This document shows, one piece after another, positions 19,207 to 28,321 of a DNA stretch of 61,806 nucleotides. A program made the position numbers and the translations under genes. The DNA is from a virus. Lineage: Duplodnaviria; Caudoviricetes. The DNA lies in IMG/VR virus record IMGVR_UViG_3300046479_000013, positions 1 to 61,806 of that record. One strand, given 5' to 3'. Under the pieces are notes generated by a model. The model had not been told where the DNA came from. It saw nothing but the letters and a program-made list of their open reading frames with translations, and did not search any database. How positions within the stretch are numbered: position 1 is the first letter of the stretch; every line of letters begins with the position of its first letter.

Positions 19207-19538
19207 TTGTAGATCCCCTTGATGGTGTGAAAGGTGGGGACGTAATAGGATCGCACAGCATCCTTTACACGTGTGAAATTATGAGTGACCAGCCAGTCTT
19301 CTACAGCATCCAGATAGTCTTTTGGGACAGTGTCATACACGTAGATGGTTGGCCGTTGGGCCGTTGTGTCCATGTCCTCATTGGAAACCGCCATAATCAT
19401 CTTGTTTCTAAAATGGATGGCCCTACCCCAATGCTCCCCTTGATTTCTAAACCCAAAGGTCTGTTGAAGACTCTTGGCGAGAAGCCAGACATCGTTCTTG
19501 TTGAAGGCGGCTTGTAGAAGTCTAGAGGTCAATCTCAT
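19203..19538 (-). CDS. KLL-leader family protein
   Basis: MRLTSRLLQAA; EDWLVTHNF. Confidence 0.75.
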   Translation of the reverse strand: MRLTSRLLQAAFNKNDVWLLAKSLQQTFGFRNQGEHWGRAIHFRNKMIMAVSNEDMDTTAQRPTIYVYDTVPKDYLDAVEDWLVTHNFTRVKDAVRSYYVPTFHTIKGIYK

Positions 19539-19942
19539 TTCGTATCTTCCATCACATCTATGAAGCCTTCATCGTCGTCCGGGGTCAAGTAGAAATCTAC
19601 CATCTTGTGCTTGGCCATTCCTAATGTGTAGGGTCCATCCCACTCATGGACGCCCTCTTGATAGTTCCCGTTGTAGACGGTTATAGAACATACCCAGTAG
19701 GTATGCTCAGCATCTTCCTCGGCAGCAGCCTCACCCCACATTTCGGCGTCAATCTTGGCCTTCACAATTATGGCGTAATCCACAGAGTCCTGCTCATCAC
19801 TACGCTCACTACCCACGATCTTCTTAAAACCCACAAGCTTGATGGGTGGCAGAAAAGGTGCGTAGTTCTCGTTCATGGATCGCTCCAAGGCTTCCTTGGT
19901 GATCTCTGTGGCACGCTTGAGGAGTTTAGCAGACAGTCTCAT
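19535..19942 (-). CDS. KLL-leader family protein
   Basis: MRLSAKLLKRATE; start placed downstream of tRNA. Confidence 0.75.
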   Translation of the reverse strand: MRLSAKLLKRATEITKEALERSMNENYAPFLPPIKLVGFKKIVGSERSDEQDSVDYAIIVKAKIDAEMWGEAAAEEDAEHTYWVCSITVYNGNYQEGVHEWDGPYTLGMAKHKMVDFYLTPDDDEGFIDVMEDTK

Positions 19943-19962
19943 AGTTAAGGCTGGTAAAGATT

Positions 19963-20040
19963 TGGTCGGTGTGGTTGGATTCGAACCAACGTCCTCTCGC
20001 GTCCGAGGCGAGTCGTCTGACCAGGCTGGCTTACACACCG
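19963..20040 (-). tRNA. tRNA-Pro(CGG)
   Basis: Cloverleaf, loop CT-CGG-AC, CCA. Confidence 0.85.
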
Positions 20041-20044
20041 TGAT

Positions 20045-20123
20045 TGGTCGGGATGAGAGGATTCGAACCTCCGACTTCCTGTCCCCCAGACAGGCGCTCT
20101 AGGCCAGGCTAAGCCACATCCCG
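20045..20123 (-). tRNA. tRNA-Pro(GGG)
   Basis: Cloverleaf, loop CT-GGG-GG, CCA. Confidence 0.9.
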
Positions 20124-20127
20124 ATGA

Positions 20128-20201
20128 TGGTTGGGGTTCTCCGATTCGAACGGAGGAAGGGTGGTTCAGAGCCACCTGGTTTACCACTAGCCTAAACCCC
20201 A
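20128..20201 (-). tRNA. tRNA-Gln(CTG)
   Basis: Cloverleaf, loop CT-CTG-AA, CCA. Confidence 0.9.
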
Positions 20202-20209
20202 ATTGTGAA

Positions 20210-20285
20210 TGGTGGACCGAGAGGGATTTGAACCCCCGACACCTGGATTTTCAGTCCAGTGCTCTACCCACTGAGCTATCGGTCC
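20210..20285 (-). tRNA. tRNA-Phe(GAA)
   Basis: Cloverleaf, loop CT-GAA-AA, CCA. Confidence 0.93.
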
Positions 20286-20401
20286 TTGATAAGTTGATTG
20301 TTTTGATACGTGAAATAAACTTTGCTTTTCCCTTACGTAACGGGGATAATCGTTGCGTCCGGAAAGACAGTTTGGACTCTTTACCTTACCTTGGAGCGGT
20401 T

Positions 20402-20701
20402 ATGGTAGTAGAGTTGGAGAGAAGCCAGTTTTCGACCCAGTGTGCCTGGTGCAAAAGAGTTCGCATTGGGGACAAATGGAGACCGGAGCGCAGGGGTGAG
20501 CCCTGCTACACTCATGGGATCTGCCCACATTGCATCAAGAAACTCTACCGTGAGGGCGTGAACACCAGATTCAAACTCCGAAGGGCCTATGTTGCCCATT
20601 GGGCCTCTGGGATAGTCCCAGACAACCTTCATTGCTACATCGCTGGAATTGTGATTGTATTGCGGCACATCCACCGGATCACCGGGATGTTCAAGCGTTA
20701 A
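20402..20701 (+). CDS. small zinc-binding domain protein
   Basis: CAWCKRVR...W...THGICPHC; GGAG upstream of ATG 20402. Confidence 0.65.
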   Translation: MVVELERSQFSTQCAWCKRVRIGDKWRPERRGEPCYTHGICPHCIKKLYREGVNTRFKLRRAYVAHWASGIVPDNLHCYIAGIVIVLRHIHRITGMFKR

Positions 20702-21162
20702 GCTGTCCGCTGGTTGACACAGTCCTGATATTCCACGACGTTCATCTCCATGAAGTCAGCACCCTCCATGAGGGCAGCAGAGACACGGTGGTTACCGTCC
20801 TCGATCAGGTAACGGCCAGAGGGCATGTGGATCACCTGGGGTGGAGTGATCTTAAAGACCATACCAGGGTTGTTCATGATCCCACTGAGCTTGTCCGTGA
20901 AGATGTACTCCTGATCAGATTCTACCTTGTTGAGCGGAACGTTACGGCGTTGTGAAGTGACATACTTGAGATACCCATCCGGGATAGTTTCTCGGGCCTC
21001 CATGTCCCCTTTTGAGGGGATGATCCAGGGGAAGAGCTTGGCGAGCTTGATCCGGCCTTGGTAGTCTGTGAGGGCGTCGATCTTCTCCATGAGAGCCTCA
21101 GCACCGGGGGCATCTTCTTCTAGATCAGCTCGCTTGAGTAGTTTTGAGGTTAGACTAAACAT
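20698..21162 (-). CDS. KLL-leader protein with ParB/Srx-like domain
   Basis: MFSLTSKLLKRAD; PQVI...YLIEDGNHRVSAA. Confidence 0.75.
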   Translation of the reverse strand: MFSLTSKLLKRADLEEDAPGAEALMEKIDALTDYQGRIKLAKLFPWIIPSKGDMEARETIPDGYLKYVTSQRRNVPLNKVESDQEYIFTDKLSGIMNNPGMVFKITPPQVIHMPSGRYLIEDGNHRVSAALMEGADFMEMNVVEYQDCVNQRTA

Positions 21163-21472
21163 ATTTGCACCAACAATCTGATTCCTCATCGTAGCTGTTA
21201 GCTACGAGCCAATCCTTCACATCTTCCACCACAGAGGGATCTAGATTCTGAACAACATAGAAGTAGAAGGTTGGAAGGAAGGATACCTCCTTGAAATACC
21301 CTACATACGAGCCGTTTACTGAGATCCGATATCTGCTTATCTGCGACTCATGATCGTAGGCGTCTTCAACGGAGCCTCCAATGGACTCACACAGTTCCTG
21401 AGCGTCCTTGTAGGCCGCATCATCGGAATCTTGCGTGTCCGCTCGTTTGAGTAGCTTGGCGTTAAGTCTCAT
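21155..21472 (-). CDS. KLL-leader family protein
   Basis: MRLNAKLLKRAD; KDWLVANSY. Confidence 0.75.
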   Translation of the reverse strand: MRLNAKLLKRADTQDSDDAAYKDAQELCESIGGSVEDAYDHESQISRYRISVNGSYVGYFKEVSFLPTFYFYVVQNLDPSVVEDVKDWLVANSYDEESDCWCKYV

Positions 21473-21524
21473 ACTAAGGGGAACCGAAACCCTCTATCCG
21501 GTTCCCCTATACGCCCTTGCTGAT

Positions 21525-21600
21525 TGGTGGAGCCACTGGGAGTTCAACCCAATCCTCAAGCTTGCAAAGCTAGCGTGCCACGCCTCAACACTTTGGCCCC
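21525..21600 (-). tRNA. tRNA-Ala(TGC), atypical D/T loops
   Basis: G3:U70, loop TT-TGC-AA, T-loop TTGAACT, CCA. Confidence 0.75.
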
Positions 21601-21605
21601 AGGGG

Positions 21606-21699
21606 TCTGAACGTTCTGTCTATAGGGTCTACGATCGATGCCCTATAGGTCCTTGATCTGTTCGAATTCGCCTCAAGTCAGCGCCTCGGAACATTCAGA
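21606..21699 (-). ncRNA. candidate structured RNA between the two tRNA-Ala genes
   Basis: ~12-bp closing helix enclosing CTTGA/TCAAG and CTATAGGG/CCCTATAG hairpins. Confidence 0.35.
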
Positions 21700-21700
21700 T

Positions 21701-21776
21701 TGGTGGAACTTACGGGAGTCGAACCGCTGACCTCCTGCATGCCATGCAGGCGCTCTCCCAAATGAGCTAAAGCCCC
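21701..21776 (-). tRNA. tRNA-Ala(GGC)
   Basis: G3:U70, loop AT-GGC-AT, CCA. Confidence 0.92.
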
Positions 21777-22156
21777 TATTGATTATGACGTGGAATTATT
21801 AAAGTCAAACACTTCGCTACATCGTCTGGACCCTCACCGGGGATCTGCTCTTCATCAGGAAGATCTTCCAAACGATACCCCTTGGCAGCGATCCAGTCCT
21901 GAACTAAATCGTTGATTTCAGGATCAGGAATTCCTCCAAATTTAGGATTCAACCCCACATAATGGATTTCCTCTGTTCTAGTCTTCCTGTAGTCAAAGAT
22001 CATAAAGGAGGGAGGTTGAGTTTTGAAATCCACCCTAGCCCAGTTAGGCCCGGTCCCACTTTGAATCCCGGTCCCAACATAATCAATCATGTCCCTTGCC
22101 ATATCTCTGGCATCAAGGGAAGAAGCTAGAAGGAGTTTAGCAGAGAGTCGGATCAT
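21776..22156 (-). CDS. KLL-leader family protein
   Basis: MIRLSAKLLLAS; QDWIAAKGY; GGAG RBS. Confidence 0.75.
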   Translation of the reverse strand: MIRLSAKLLLASSLDARDMARDMIDYVGTGIQSGTGPNWARVDFKTQPPSFMIFDYRKTRTEEIHYVGLNPKFGGIPDPEINDLVQDWIAAKGYRLEDLPDEEQIPGEGPDDVAKCLTLIIPRHNQ

Positions 22157-22181
22157 ACTAAACTCCAGACAACTCTTGGAT

Positions 22182-22258
22182 TGGGGGGAAGGAAGAGATT
22201 CGAACTCTCGCCGAACAGGATCACAGTCAGGCGCTCTAACCATCTGAGCTACGGTTAC
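22182..22258 (-). tRNA. tRNA-His(GTG)-like, chimeric/mispaired (possible pseudogene)
   Basis: Intact D and T arms, GTG loop, C73-CCA; acceptor and anticodon stems do not pair. Confidence 0.55.
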
Positions 22259-22260
22259 AT

Positions 22261-22347
22261 TGGTTGGGATAGGGGGACTCGAACCCCCACGGCCTTGCGG
22301 CAACAAGCACCTCAAGCTTGCGCGTCTACCAGTTCCGCCATATCCCA
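22261..22347 (-). tRNA. tRNA-Leu(GAG)
   Basis: Long variable arm, loop TT-GAG-GT, CCA. Confidence 0.92.
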
Positions 22348-22359
22348 CTTGTGTTACAT

Positions 22360-22446
22360 TGGTGCGCCCGGAAGGATTCGAACCTCCGTAGAGTTTGACT
22401 CGGCAGATTTACAGTCTGCTGCTTTTAACCACTCAGCCACGTGCGC
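22360..22446 (-). tRNA. tRNA-Tyr(GTA)
   Basis: Long variable arm, loop CT-GTA-AA, CCA. Confidence 0.92.
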
Positions 22447-22456
22447 ATTGTTAAAA

Positions 22457-23272
22457 CTATTGGTGCCCATGGTCGGACTCGAACCGACAAGCTTGCGCGG
22501 AAGAACCTAAATCTACTGTGTTTGCCATTTCACCACACGGGCAAAGATCCTTGAACTTAGGGATACTCTGGACATCCCCAGAAGATTCGAACGCTTCAAG
22601 GGCATGGAGCTTCCAAAGCATTCTCAAATCTATTCTAGGATTATCCTCTAAAGCCTTGTTCATCTTTAGGATGTCATTTTGCTTCAAAAGACCCTTGACT
22701 TCTAGAAATACTCGAAGATCAATGAGATAGAAATCTGGGGTGTATCTTCTAATCTTATCAAATCGAATAATCCTTCGTTCCCAACGAATTCCAAGTTGGT
22801 TCAATTTCTCAGCCACTCTTCGTTCCCAGGTCCCTTGAACTCTGATTTGTTTATCCCCACACTGAACTTCGTAGTAAGGGACATTTCCACCCGTTCTTTG
22901 AACATACTTTGTTCTAGAAAGAGACATCTTGTTACGAGATTCAAGAGAGTGAGGTTTACCCTTCTTCCCTATTCGAGAAGCAGAAACCTTCTTTCCATAA
23001 GACTCGATACGAGGATCAATCTCCTTAGTCAACCCTTTATTCCAAGGGATTGAAGGGAGATGGGTTTGTTTTCTCTCTTTACCACAATGGGATCTGTGCC
23101 CACAATAGGATTGTTTATTACTAAATTCAACCCCACATTTATCACAGACATATTTATCGTGAGGAACGGCCCTAAGAGATCTAGGACCGTTACCATCACA
23201 ACCGTTAGCGTGTCTGGAAAAATTGGCTGCTTGGATTTCAAATCCGCACTTATCACATTTGATAGATCTCAT
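22457..23272 (-). CDS. homing-type endonuclease (Zn fingers, NUMOD3-like, PD-(D/E)XK-like C-terminus)
   Basis: CxxC motifs, PWNKGLTK, HSLESRNKMS, YTPDFYL..LEVKG; last codons run through tRNA-Leu(TAG). Confidence 0.8.
   Translation of the reverse strand: MRSIKCDKCGFEIQAANFSRHANGCDGNGPRSLRAVPHDKYVCDKCGVEFSNKQSYCGHRSHCGKERKQTHLPSIPWNKGLTKEIDPRIESYGKKVSASRIGKKGKPHSLESRNKMSLSRTKYVQRTGGNVPYYEVQCGDKQIRVQGTWERRVAEKLNQLGIRWERRIIRFDKIRRYTPDFYLIDLRVFLEVKGLLKQNDILKMNKALEDNPRIDLRMLWKLHALEAFESSGDVQSIPKFKDLCPCGEMANTVDLGSSAQACRFESDHGHQ
22461..22542 (-). tRNA. tRNA-Leu(TAG)
   Basis: Loop TT-TAG-GT, variable arm, CCA. Confidence 0.85.
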
Positions 23273-23300
23273 GAGAACCTCTAAGAGGAATCCAGAAGTC

Positions 23301-23335
23301 TACCCAGGGCGTCTCGCCAATTCCGCCACACTCGC
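23301..23335 (-). pseudogene. 5' half of a tRNA-Leu-like gene
   Basis: GCGAGTGTGGCGGAATTGGCGAGACGC (acceptor 5' strand + D arm); no 3' half follows. Confidence 0.6.
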
Positions 23336-23487
23336 TATATGGACCGCATGCCACGAAGTTATAGCGCGGGGTGATAAACCTGAGTCCTAAGACCATTGAG
23401 CATATCCCTACTACCGCAACCTTTCATTCTGTCCTTACGGAGCAGAACCATCCGGTCCACCTTGCCTATTACGTTATCTAGTTGTCA

Positions 23488-23516
23488 AATAAATCAGGCC
23501 CCTCGAAAGGGGCCTG
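23488..23516 (-). terminator. intrinsic terminator
   Basis: CAGGCCCCT/AGGGGCCTG hairpin followed by ATTTATTT. Confidence 0.65.
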
Positions 23517-23615
23517 GGGAGGTCAAAATCTTTGTTCTCTTAGATTATTCGGTCCCCAGACCCTTACCGCTTGCGGGATACGCAAGTAGCTGTTGGGCAA
23601 ATGGGGCGAAATGGT

Positions 23616-24236
23616 TCATAATAAACTAGTCCCTGAAGCTAGGCAACGTCTCTCGTTGTCTCTTTTCCGTTTGGATTCAGAAATCTTCCTTTTGTGCTCT
23701 TCGGAAAACTCCCTTCCTTTCAATAAGGATACTCTACCTTTCATGGTATCTGAGATTTTCTGTCTAGATTCTTCCGAGAGGGATCTTCCTTTAAGAGCAT
23801 TAGACATGTTCTCAACATGCTCATCCGAATGCTTAATCCCTTTCATAGTTTCAGATATCTTGGTTTTGGTTTCTTCTTTGTGTATTCTTCCGCACATTGA
23901 ATTAGATATCCTGATCTTCGTTTCTTCGGAGCATTGTCCTGGACCTTCAGCTGACTTATTTATATTATAGCCTTTGTCTCGTTTCCAAGACTGAAATAGA
24001 TCAATATAATAATTTTCCCATAAATCCAGTTGTTCCAAAGAACATTCCAATAAAATCTCAAATGAGAAAGATTCCGAACCATATTTATTCCATGCCGCCT
24101 GAAAGTGTTGCGTGTTATTCCCGCTCTTTAATTTGCTGATGTGTCTTCTATATCTTCTATCAATATCCTTACTTTGACCAATATAGACTTTACCATTTAT
24201 CTTGTTGGTAAAAATATAGATACCGATTTTAATCAT
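23616..24236 (-). CDS. GIY-YIG homing endonuclease with NUMOD3 repeats
   Basis: GIYIFTNKINGKVYIGQS, KGYNI, repeated SEETKxKIS. Confidence 0.92.
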   Translation of the reverse strand: MIKIGIYIFTNKINGKVYIGQSKDIDRRYRRHISKLKSGNNTQHFQAAWNKYGSESFSFEILLECSLEQLDLWENYYIDLFQSWKRDKGYNINKSAEGPGQCSEETKIRISNSMCGRIHKEETKTKISETMKGIKHSDEHVENMSNALKGRSLSEESRQKISDTMKGRVSLLKGREFSEEHKRKISESKRKRDNERRCLASGTSLL

Positions 24237-24245
24237 TCCTTGCCT

Positions 24246-24560
24246 TCATATCGATCTCTGGTCTGCCGGGATGGCTTCTTCTAGCTGATGGGCCTTAGCG
24301 GATGTGAGCACCTTGACCAAGGCTAGCCGGAACGTGGAGTCATTGAGGGTCATCTGCACCCGCTGCACCACGATGGGGGCTACGATCACTGCCAGGTCTG
24401 CCATCGGGGAACTCTCCAACACGGTCACCATCTTGGTTGCCCCGTAAGGCATCATCAGGGTGGTGCGTAGCTTGGACATGTTCTTGCGCACGTAGGCGAT
24501 CATCTCTTTGACCCTGGGATCCTCAGCACGCTTGAGCAATTTAGCCATTAGGATCATCAT
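24246..24560 (-). CDS. KLL-leader family protein
   Basis: MMILMAKLLKRAED. Confidence 0.7.
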   Translation of the reverse strand: MMILMAKLLKRAEDPRVKEMIAYVRKNMSKLRTTLMMPYGATKMVTVLESSPMADLAVIVAPIVVQRVQMTLNDSTFRLALVKVLTSAKAHQLEEAIPADQRSI

Positions 24561-24903
24561 GGGACTCCGGGTTCTTTCCGGGACTGGAAATCTCTTCAGA
24601 TGATTCGATATTGAATCTTGCAATGCTAGCCAAGCAGATTTCACTACCCGGCTGGACCTCTCGACAGATGCTAGGACGGGTGGGGTAGATGGCACAGAGA
24701 CAACGCTCGCCTAGATTGCCCCGTAGTGTCACACAACGACCATTACATTGGCGCATCGCGTAGGTCTCGATGTCACCCTGCTGGAGCAGAGTCAAGTCAA
24801 TCTTAAGCACAGCATCTTGTTCTGTGACCTCGATCCACTTTGGATCTTGTTTATTTGAACAGCAGACCCCACAGGTCATGCAGTCCGGGTTAAGCTCTAA
24901 CAT
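24541..24903 (-). CDS. YkgJ-like cysteine-cluster (CxxCxxCC) protein
   Basis: CMTCGVCC...RCVTL...CAIYPTRPSICR; GAGG RBS. Confidence 0.85.
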   Translation of the reverse strand: MLELNPDCMTCGVCCSNKQDPKWIEVTEQDAVLKIDLTLLQQGDIETYAMRQCNGRCVTLRGNLGERCLCAIYPTRPSICREVQPGSEICLASIARFNIESSEEISSPGKNPESHDDPNG

Positions 24904-25330
24904 CCTTACCTCTTTGGTTGAGGAATTCTGACAAGGCTCTGTCATCCTCAGACTTGAGTAGGGAAGGGATAAGGTCAATCATGATCTTCTTCAGCCAAAC
25001 GGCGTTTACCCTCTCCACCAATAGCTGACCCTGCAACTGATTCAATTCCTCCCGGATCATGTCATGGCCCATGGTGTGTCTGAACTCAAGAGGGTAATGG
25101 GTTTCCCCCATGAGCCGTTCTTCCATGAAGAAGTGCATGTCCACGAACATCAGAATCATGGTCAAGATGTTACGGATCAAGCTCTCAGAGGCTGAGGTGG
25201 GGTTCTCCAGGTGAGCATCCAAGGCCCTACCCGCCTTGCGCAGCAGATGGCCAATCTTAGCATGGTGAGCATCAATCTTTTCAAACCCTGTAGGGCTGAA
25301 CGTGTAGGGTTTCGTTGCTGGAGTTTCCAT
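24890..25330 (-). CDS. hemerythrin-like protein
   Basis: TGFEKIDAHH, HFFMEERLM...YP...HxxxH; terminal HxxxxD motif degenerate. Confidence 0.8.
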   Translation of the reverse strand: METPATKPYTFSPTGFEKIDAHHAKIGHLLRKAGRALDAHLENPTSASESLIRNILTMILMFVDMHFFMEERLMGETHYPLEFRHTMGHDMIREELNQLQGQLLVERVNAVWLKKIMIDLIPSLLKSEDDRALSEFLNQRGKDVRA

Positions 25331-25353
25331 AGGCTCTTCTTGTTGTATCTAGA

Positions 25354-25917
25354 TTACTCATCGCCCTTAAAACGAATCCAAGTACAGGAACCATCTTTAC
25401 CAGATTCCAATGCTCCCCCTTTGGTGACGAGCCAATCCATTATCCCTTCTCGATTTCTAACGTTATTTCCTATCCATACCTGATATGAAGTGAACGTGAT
25501 CATCTCACTATCCCCAGAGAAATCACTGACCTCACCGGCGTTCTGCCCCGTACGGTTATTGTAGATGTGTCCAAGGTAAGCTTCCTCCTGATCCAGATCC
25601 ATGTCCCAATTCAGAGCATTAGGGTCTATCTCATAGGTCTCGGGGTCTAACTTAAACATTCTAGTAAAGATGCGCACCAGCAACTCAGCATTGAACACAT
25701 CCTTACCCTTGAGTGTGATCTCTTTCTCAACCCGATCTCGCTTAACATGTAAGTGACGATCCTGGGGATAAAAGATCATGGTCGAATATTCTTGGGAGAT
25801 CAATTGCTCCGCACATTCAGGATCGATCTCTGCCAGGTAGGCTCTCAGATCCTTGGTCATCTGATCCGGATCTATTTCCCCTGTAGCCTTCTTGAGCAAC
25901 TTAGCATTAAGCCTCAT
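25354..25917 (-). CDS. KLL-leader family protein
   Basis: MRLNAKLLKKAT; MDWLVTKGG. Confidence 0.75.
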   Translation of the reverse strand: MRLNAKLLKKATGEIDPDQMTKDLRAYLAEIDPECAEQLISQEYSTMIFYPQDRHLHVKRDRVEKEITLKGKDVFNAELLVRIFTRMFKLDPETYEIDPNALNWDMDLDQEEAYLGHIYNNRTGQNAGEVSDFSGDSEMITFTSYQVWIGNNVRNREGIMDWLVTKGGALESGKDGSCTWIRFKGDE

Positions 25918-26384
25918 TCTGAAGTCTCACGAAAGCTCTTTTGATAGGCTGATGGATACCCAGGAACATTGTGGAACCCGTCGGAGATCAGAAAATCCAG
26001 GAGATTTTCTTTGAAATCCTTATAGGTCTCATTCCAAGCCTCCTGCTCTTCTAGGTTGTCAAGAGAATAGATATTCACTTCAAGGAAATCTACTTTCCCT
26101 TCAAATTGATTATAACATTCGATAGAAAGGAGTGTCTTAGCATAGAAATAAGGATACTTGGAAGAGGATCCCTCCCCATTCTGTGCTGAGGGTGCAAATA
26201 TTCCTACACGGCCTTCCTGAAAAGTTAAGGCTTCAAATTTAATGGTTGGGCGGGAAGCCATAGAGTGTGGTGCGGGGGCCTTGATTGAACACTCATTTAG
26301 GAAATCCACTATCTCTCTAGCTAGTGCATTCTCCGCCCTATCATTTTCATCTGCGGTCTTGAGTAATCGAGCTGTGAATTTCAT
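25914..26384 (-). CDS. KLL-leader family protein
   Basis: MKFTARLLKTAD; LDFLISDGF. Confidence 0.75.
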   Translation of the reverse strand: MKFTARLLKTADENDRAENALAREIVDFLNECSIKAPAPHSMASRPTIKFEALTFQEGRVGIFAPSAQNGEGSSSKYPYFYAKTLLSIECYNQFEGKVDFLEVNIYSLDNLEEQEAWNETYKDFKENLLDFLISDGFHNVPGYPSAYQKSFRETSE

Positions 26385-26695
26385 ACTGTCTTCTCAAATG
26401 TTAATCCATTATGTTGAAACCCGATTGAGATGAGAAAATCTGTTAGATCTTCGAGTAGGAGCTCATTGGTGGTATAGTTCTTATTGATATCCACCTTGAG
26501 TACATTATTGAGATGAGTTATGTAGGCGAGGACCTTCATGCCCTCCATGATGCAAGCGTGTACGGAATCCCGACCGTTGTGCTTGATTCTGAACATTCCA
26601 TCAGGATCAAACTCCTGAAGGAACTGAGTTATCTCCGTGGTCTCTGGAGCGTTGACCACGGCTGTCTTGAGGAGCTTGGCTGTGAGGCTTACCAT
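26381..26695 (-). CDS. KLL-leader family protein
   Basis: MVSLTAKLLKTA; TDFLISIGF. Confidence 0.75.
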   Translation of the reverse strand: MVSLTAKLLKTAVVNAPETTEITQFLQEFDPDGMFRIKHNGRDSVHACIMEGMKVLAYITHLNNVLKVDINKNYTTNELLLEDLTDFLISIGFQHNGLTFEKTV

Positions 26696-27774
26696 TCGTG
26701 GCCTCCGATGTTGTTGAATTGCTTCAGCACCTTGACCAGCTGCTCTTGAAGGGAGTTCATCAAATCTCTCTGCTTTCGATGATCGGTCTCTTGATTGATC
26801 TTATTGATTACTTCTCTTGAGTTGAGGTAGTTGTAGCGATCTCCAATGGTCTTGCGAAGCAACTCAATCCCTGCATTATGCATTTCAGGGCTCAAGTCTA
26901 GAAGATTCTGAAGCCCATTGAACTCAAACAGCTTGTTGGGATTCTTCTTCACCAGGTCTTTGAGCTGACGCATGATCTTCTTAGCAATCTTGCTTACCTC
27001 AGCCTCATCTTGAGCATTGAAATATCCCTTGCCGCATAGGAAGAATAACAGGTCTGGGATCCGGACACGGATGGTGCCCTTGATGCCCAGACTGAACAGA
27101 TCTTGCTCAGTCTCATATCTGCCCATTGGGGAATCTTCAGTATCAATATTTCGAATAACAATCCAGTTATGTTCCTCTGAGAATTTCTTCAGCTGTTGAA
27201 ACAGCAGATGCTTGATCTCTGGGGATTGCTTGACCTCGGCTTCGAATTTCTGAACCATAGTCAGGTAGGAAGTATAGTTGGAATCCCCTTGTTCAAAGCG
27301 AGCCTTGAACTCCTCAAGAAGATCCTGGACCACATCAGTGTTTTCAGATTTCTGATAACTACCCAGCGAGAATTCAAACCCAATAGCATCCCCACCGTAA
27401 GCCGGGTGAGGCTCCATCTTAAAGCCCGCACTGATGAATAAATCGGTTACATCCTCTGGATCGATATCAAATTCCTTGCTAGGATTATAGGATCCCTGGA
27501 GCACCGGAAAACCATTGGCTGGATCTACGTCATGGGATCTAATCCAGAGCGTGAACAGATCCTTGGTATAACCTCCTTCATCTCTGAACCGGATGGTAAC
27601 CTTTGATCCATTGTCACTGCTTCTGTAATCACGACCGTCATCTACCAACTTGTAAATGTCCTTGTCGGGGAATGCGCTCTTAGCCCATTGATAGATTCGC
27701 TCACCCATCTTGATCATGTAGGCGGTCAGTTTCTTATCGTCGGCAGCTACTAAGAGCTTGGCTGTGAATCTCAT
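26689..27774 (-). CDS. KLL-leader family protein
   Basis: MRFTAKLLVAADD; TDLFISAGF. Confidence 0.75.
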   Translation of the reverse strand: MRFTAKLLVAADDKKLTAYMIKMGERIYQWAKSAFPDKDIYKLVDDGRDYRSSDNGSKVTIRFRDEGGYTKDLFTLWIRSHDVDPANGFPVLQGSYNPSKEFDIDPEDVTDLFISAGFKMEPHPAYGGDAIGFEFSLGSYQKSENTDVVQDLLEEFKARFEQGDSNYTSYLTMVQKFEAEVKQSPEIKHLLFQQLKKFSEEHNWIVIRNIDTEDSPMGRYETEQDLFSLGIKGTIRVRIPDLLFFLCGKGYFNAQDEAEVSKIAKKIMRQLKDLVKKNPNKLFEFNGLQNLLDLSPEMHNAGIELLRKTIGDRYNYLNSREVINKINQETDHRKQRDLMNSLQEQLVKVLKQFNNIGGHEW

Positions 27775-27790
27775 TCGTCACCATCACTAC

Positions 27791-28321
27791 TTAGAAGGCT
27801 AAATCTACCCGATACCATTTACTCCACTGACGGGTGCAACCTTTCCGGAGGCCCGGATAGGTCTTGGCGATCAGCTTGAGCACTCGCATACGAATGATCT
27901 CCTTGGCCGCCCTACCACCGAAACGATCATCACAAGAATCCATGAGCTTGTCGTAGTTGCAGAAGTGGTGGCGGATAAACGCTACCAGGGTTTGGTCATC
28001 CTCTGTGTGCAGGGACTCTGCTAGTGCCAATAGCTCAAGGTTGTCGGTCAAATTGATCTTGACGTTCCTAGCCCATTTATTGGTGGCGGCTTGCTTAGCC
28101 TCTTTGGTTCGGATCCTACCTAGCTTCTCACGGAATTCTGGGGAGCGTTCCACCCGGAGGACTTCATCTTCATCATAGAGGTTCATGAACGCCCCATTGG
28201 GCACATCAGCGTTGATTGCTAAGCAGCGAGGCTCAATAAGGGTCTTGATCATCTTTCTTGTCCAACCTCTGGATTCGAGATCTCTACGAGTGAAATACTT
28301 GAACTCAATCTCGTGTGTCAT
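27791..28321 (-). CDS. hypothetical protein
   Basis: LESRGWTRKMI, FIRHHFCNYD; in frame immediately after the upstream TAG. Confidence 0.7.
   Translation of the reverse strand: MTHEIEFKYFTRRDLESRGWTRKMIKTLIEPRCLAINADVPNGAFMNLYDEDEVLRVERSPEFREKLGRIRTKEAKQAATNKWARNVKINLTDNLELLALAESLHTEDDQTLVAFIRHHFCNYDKLMDSCDDRFGGRAAKEIIRMRVLKLIAKTYPGLRKGCTRQWSKWYRVDLAF

Noticed and set aside
20381-20674. 97-aa minus-strand ORF
   Set aside because: The overlapping plus-strand ORF has a recognisable CxxC...HGICxxC motif and RBS, so it was preferred.
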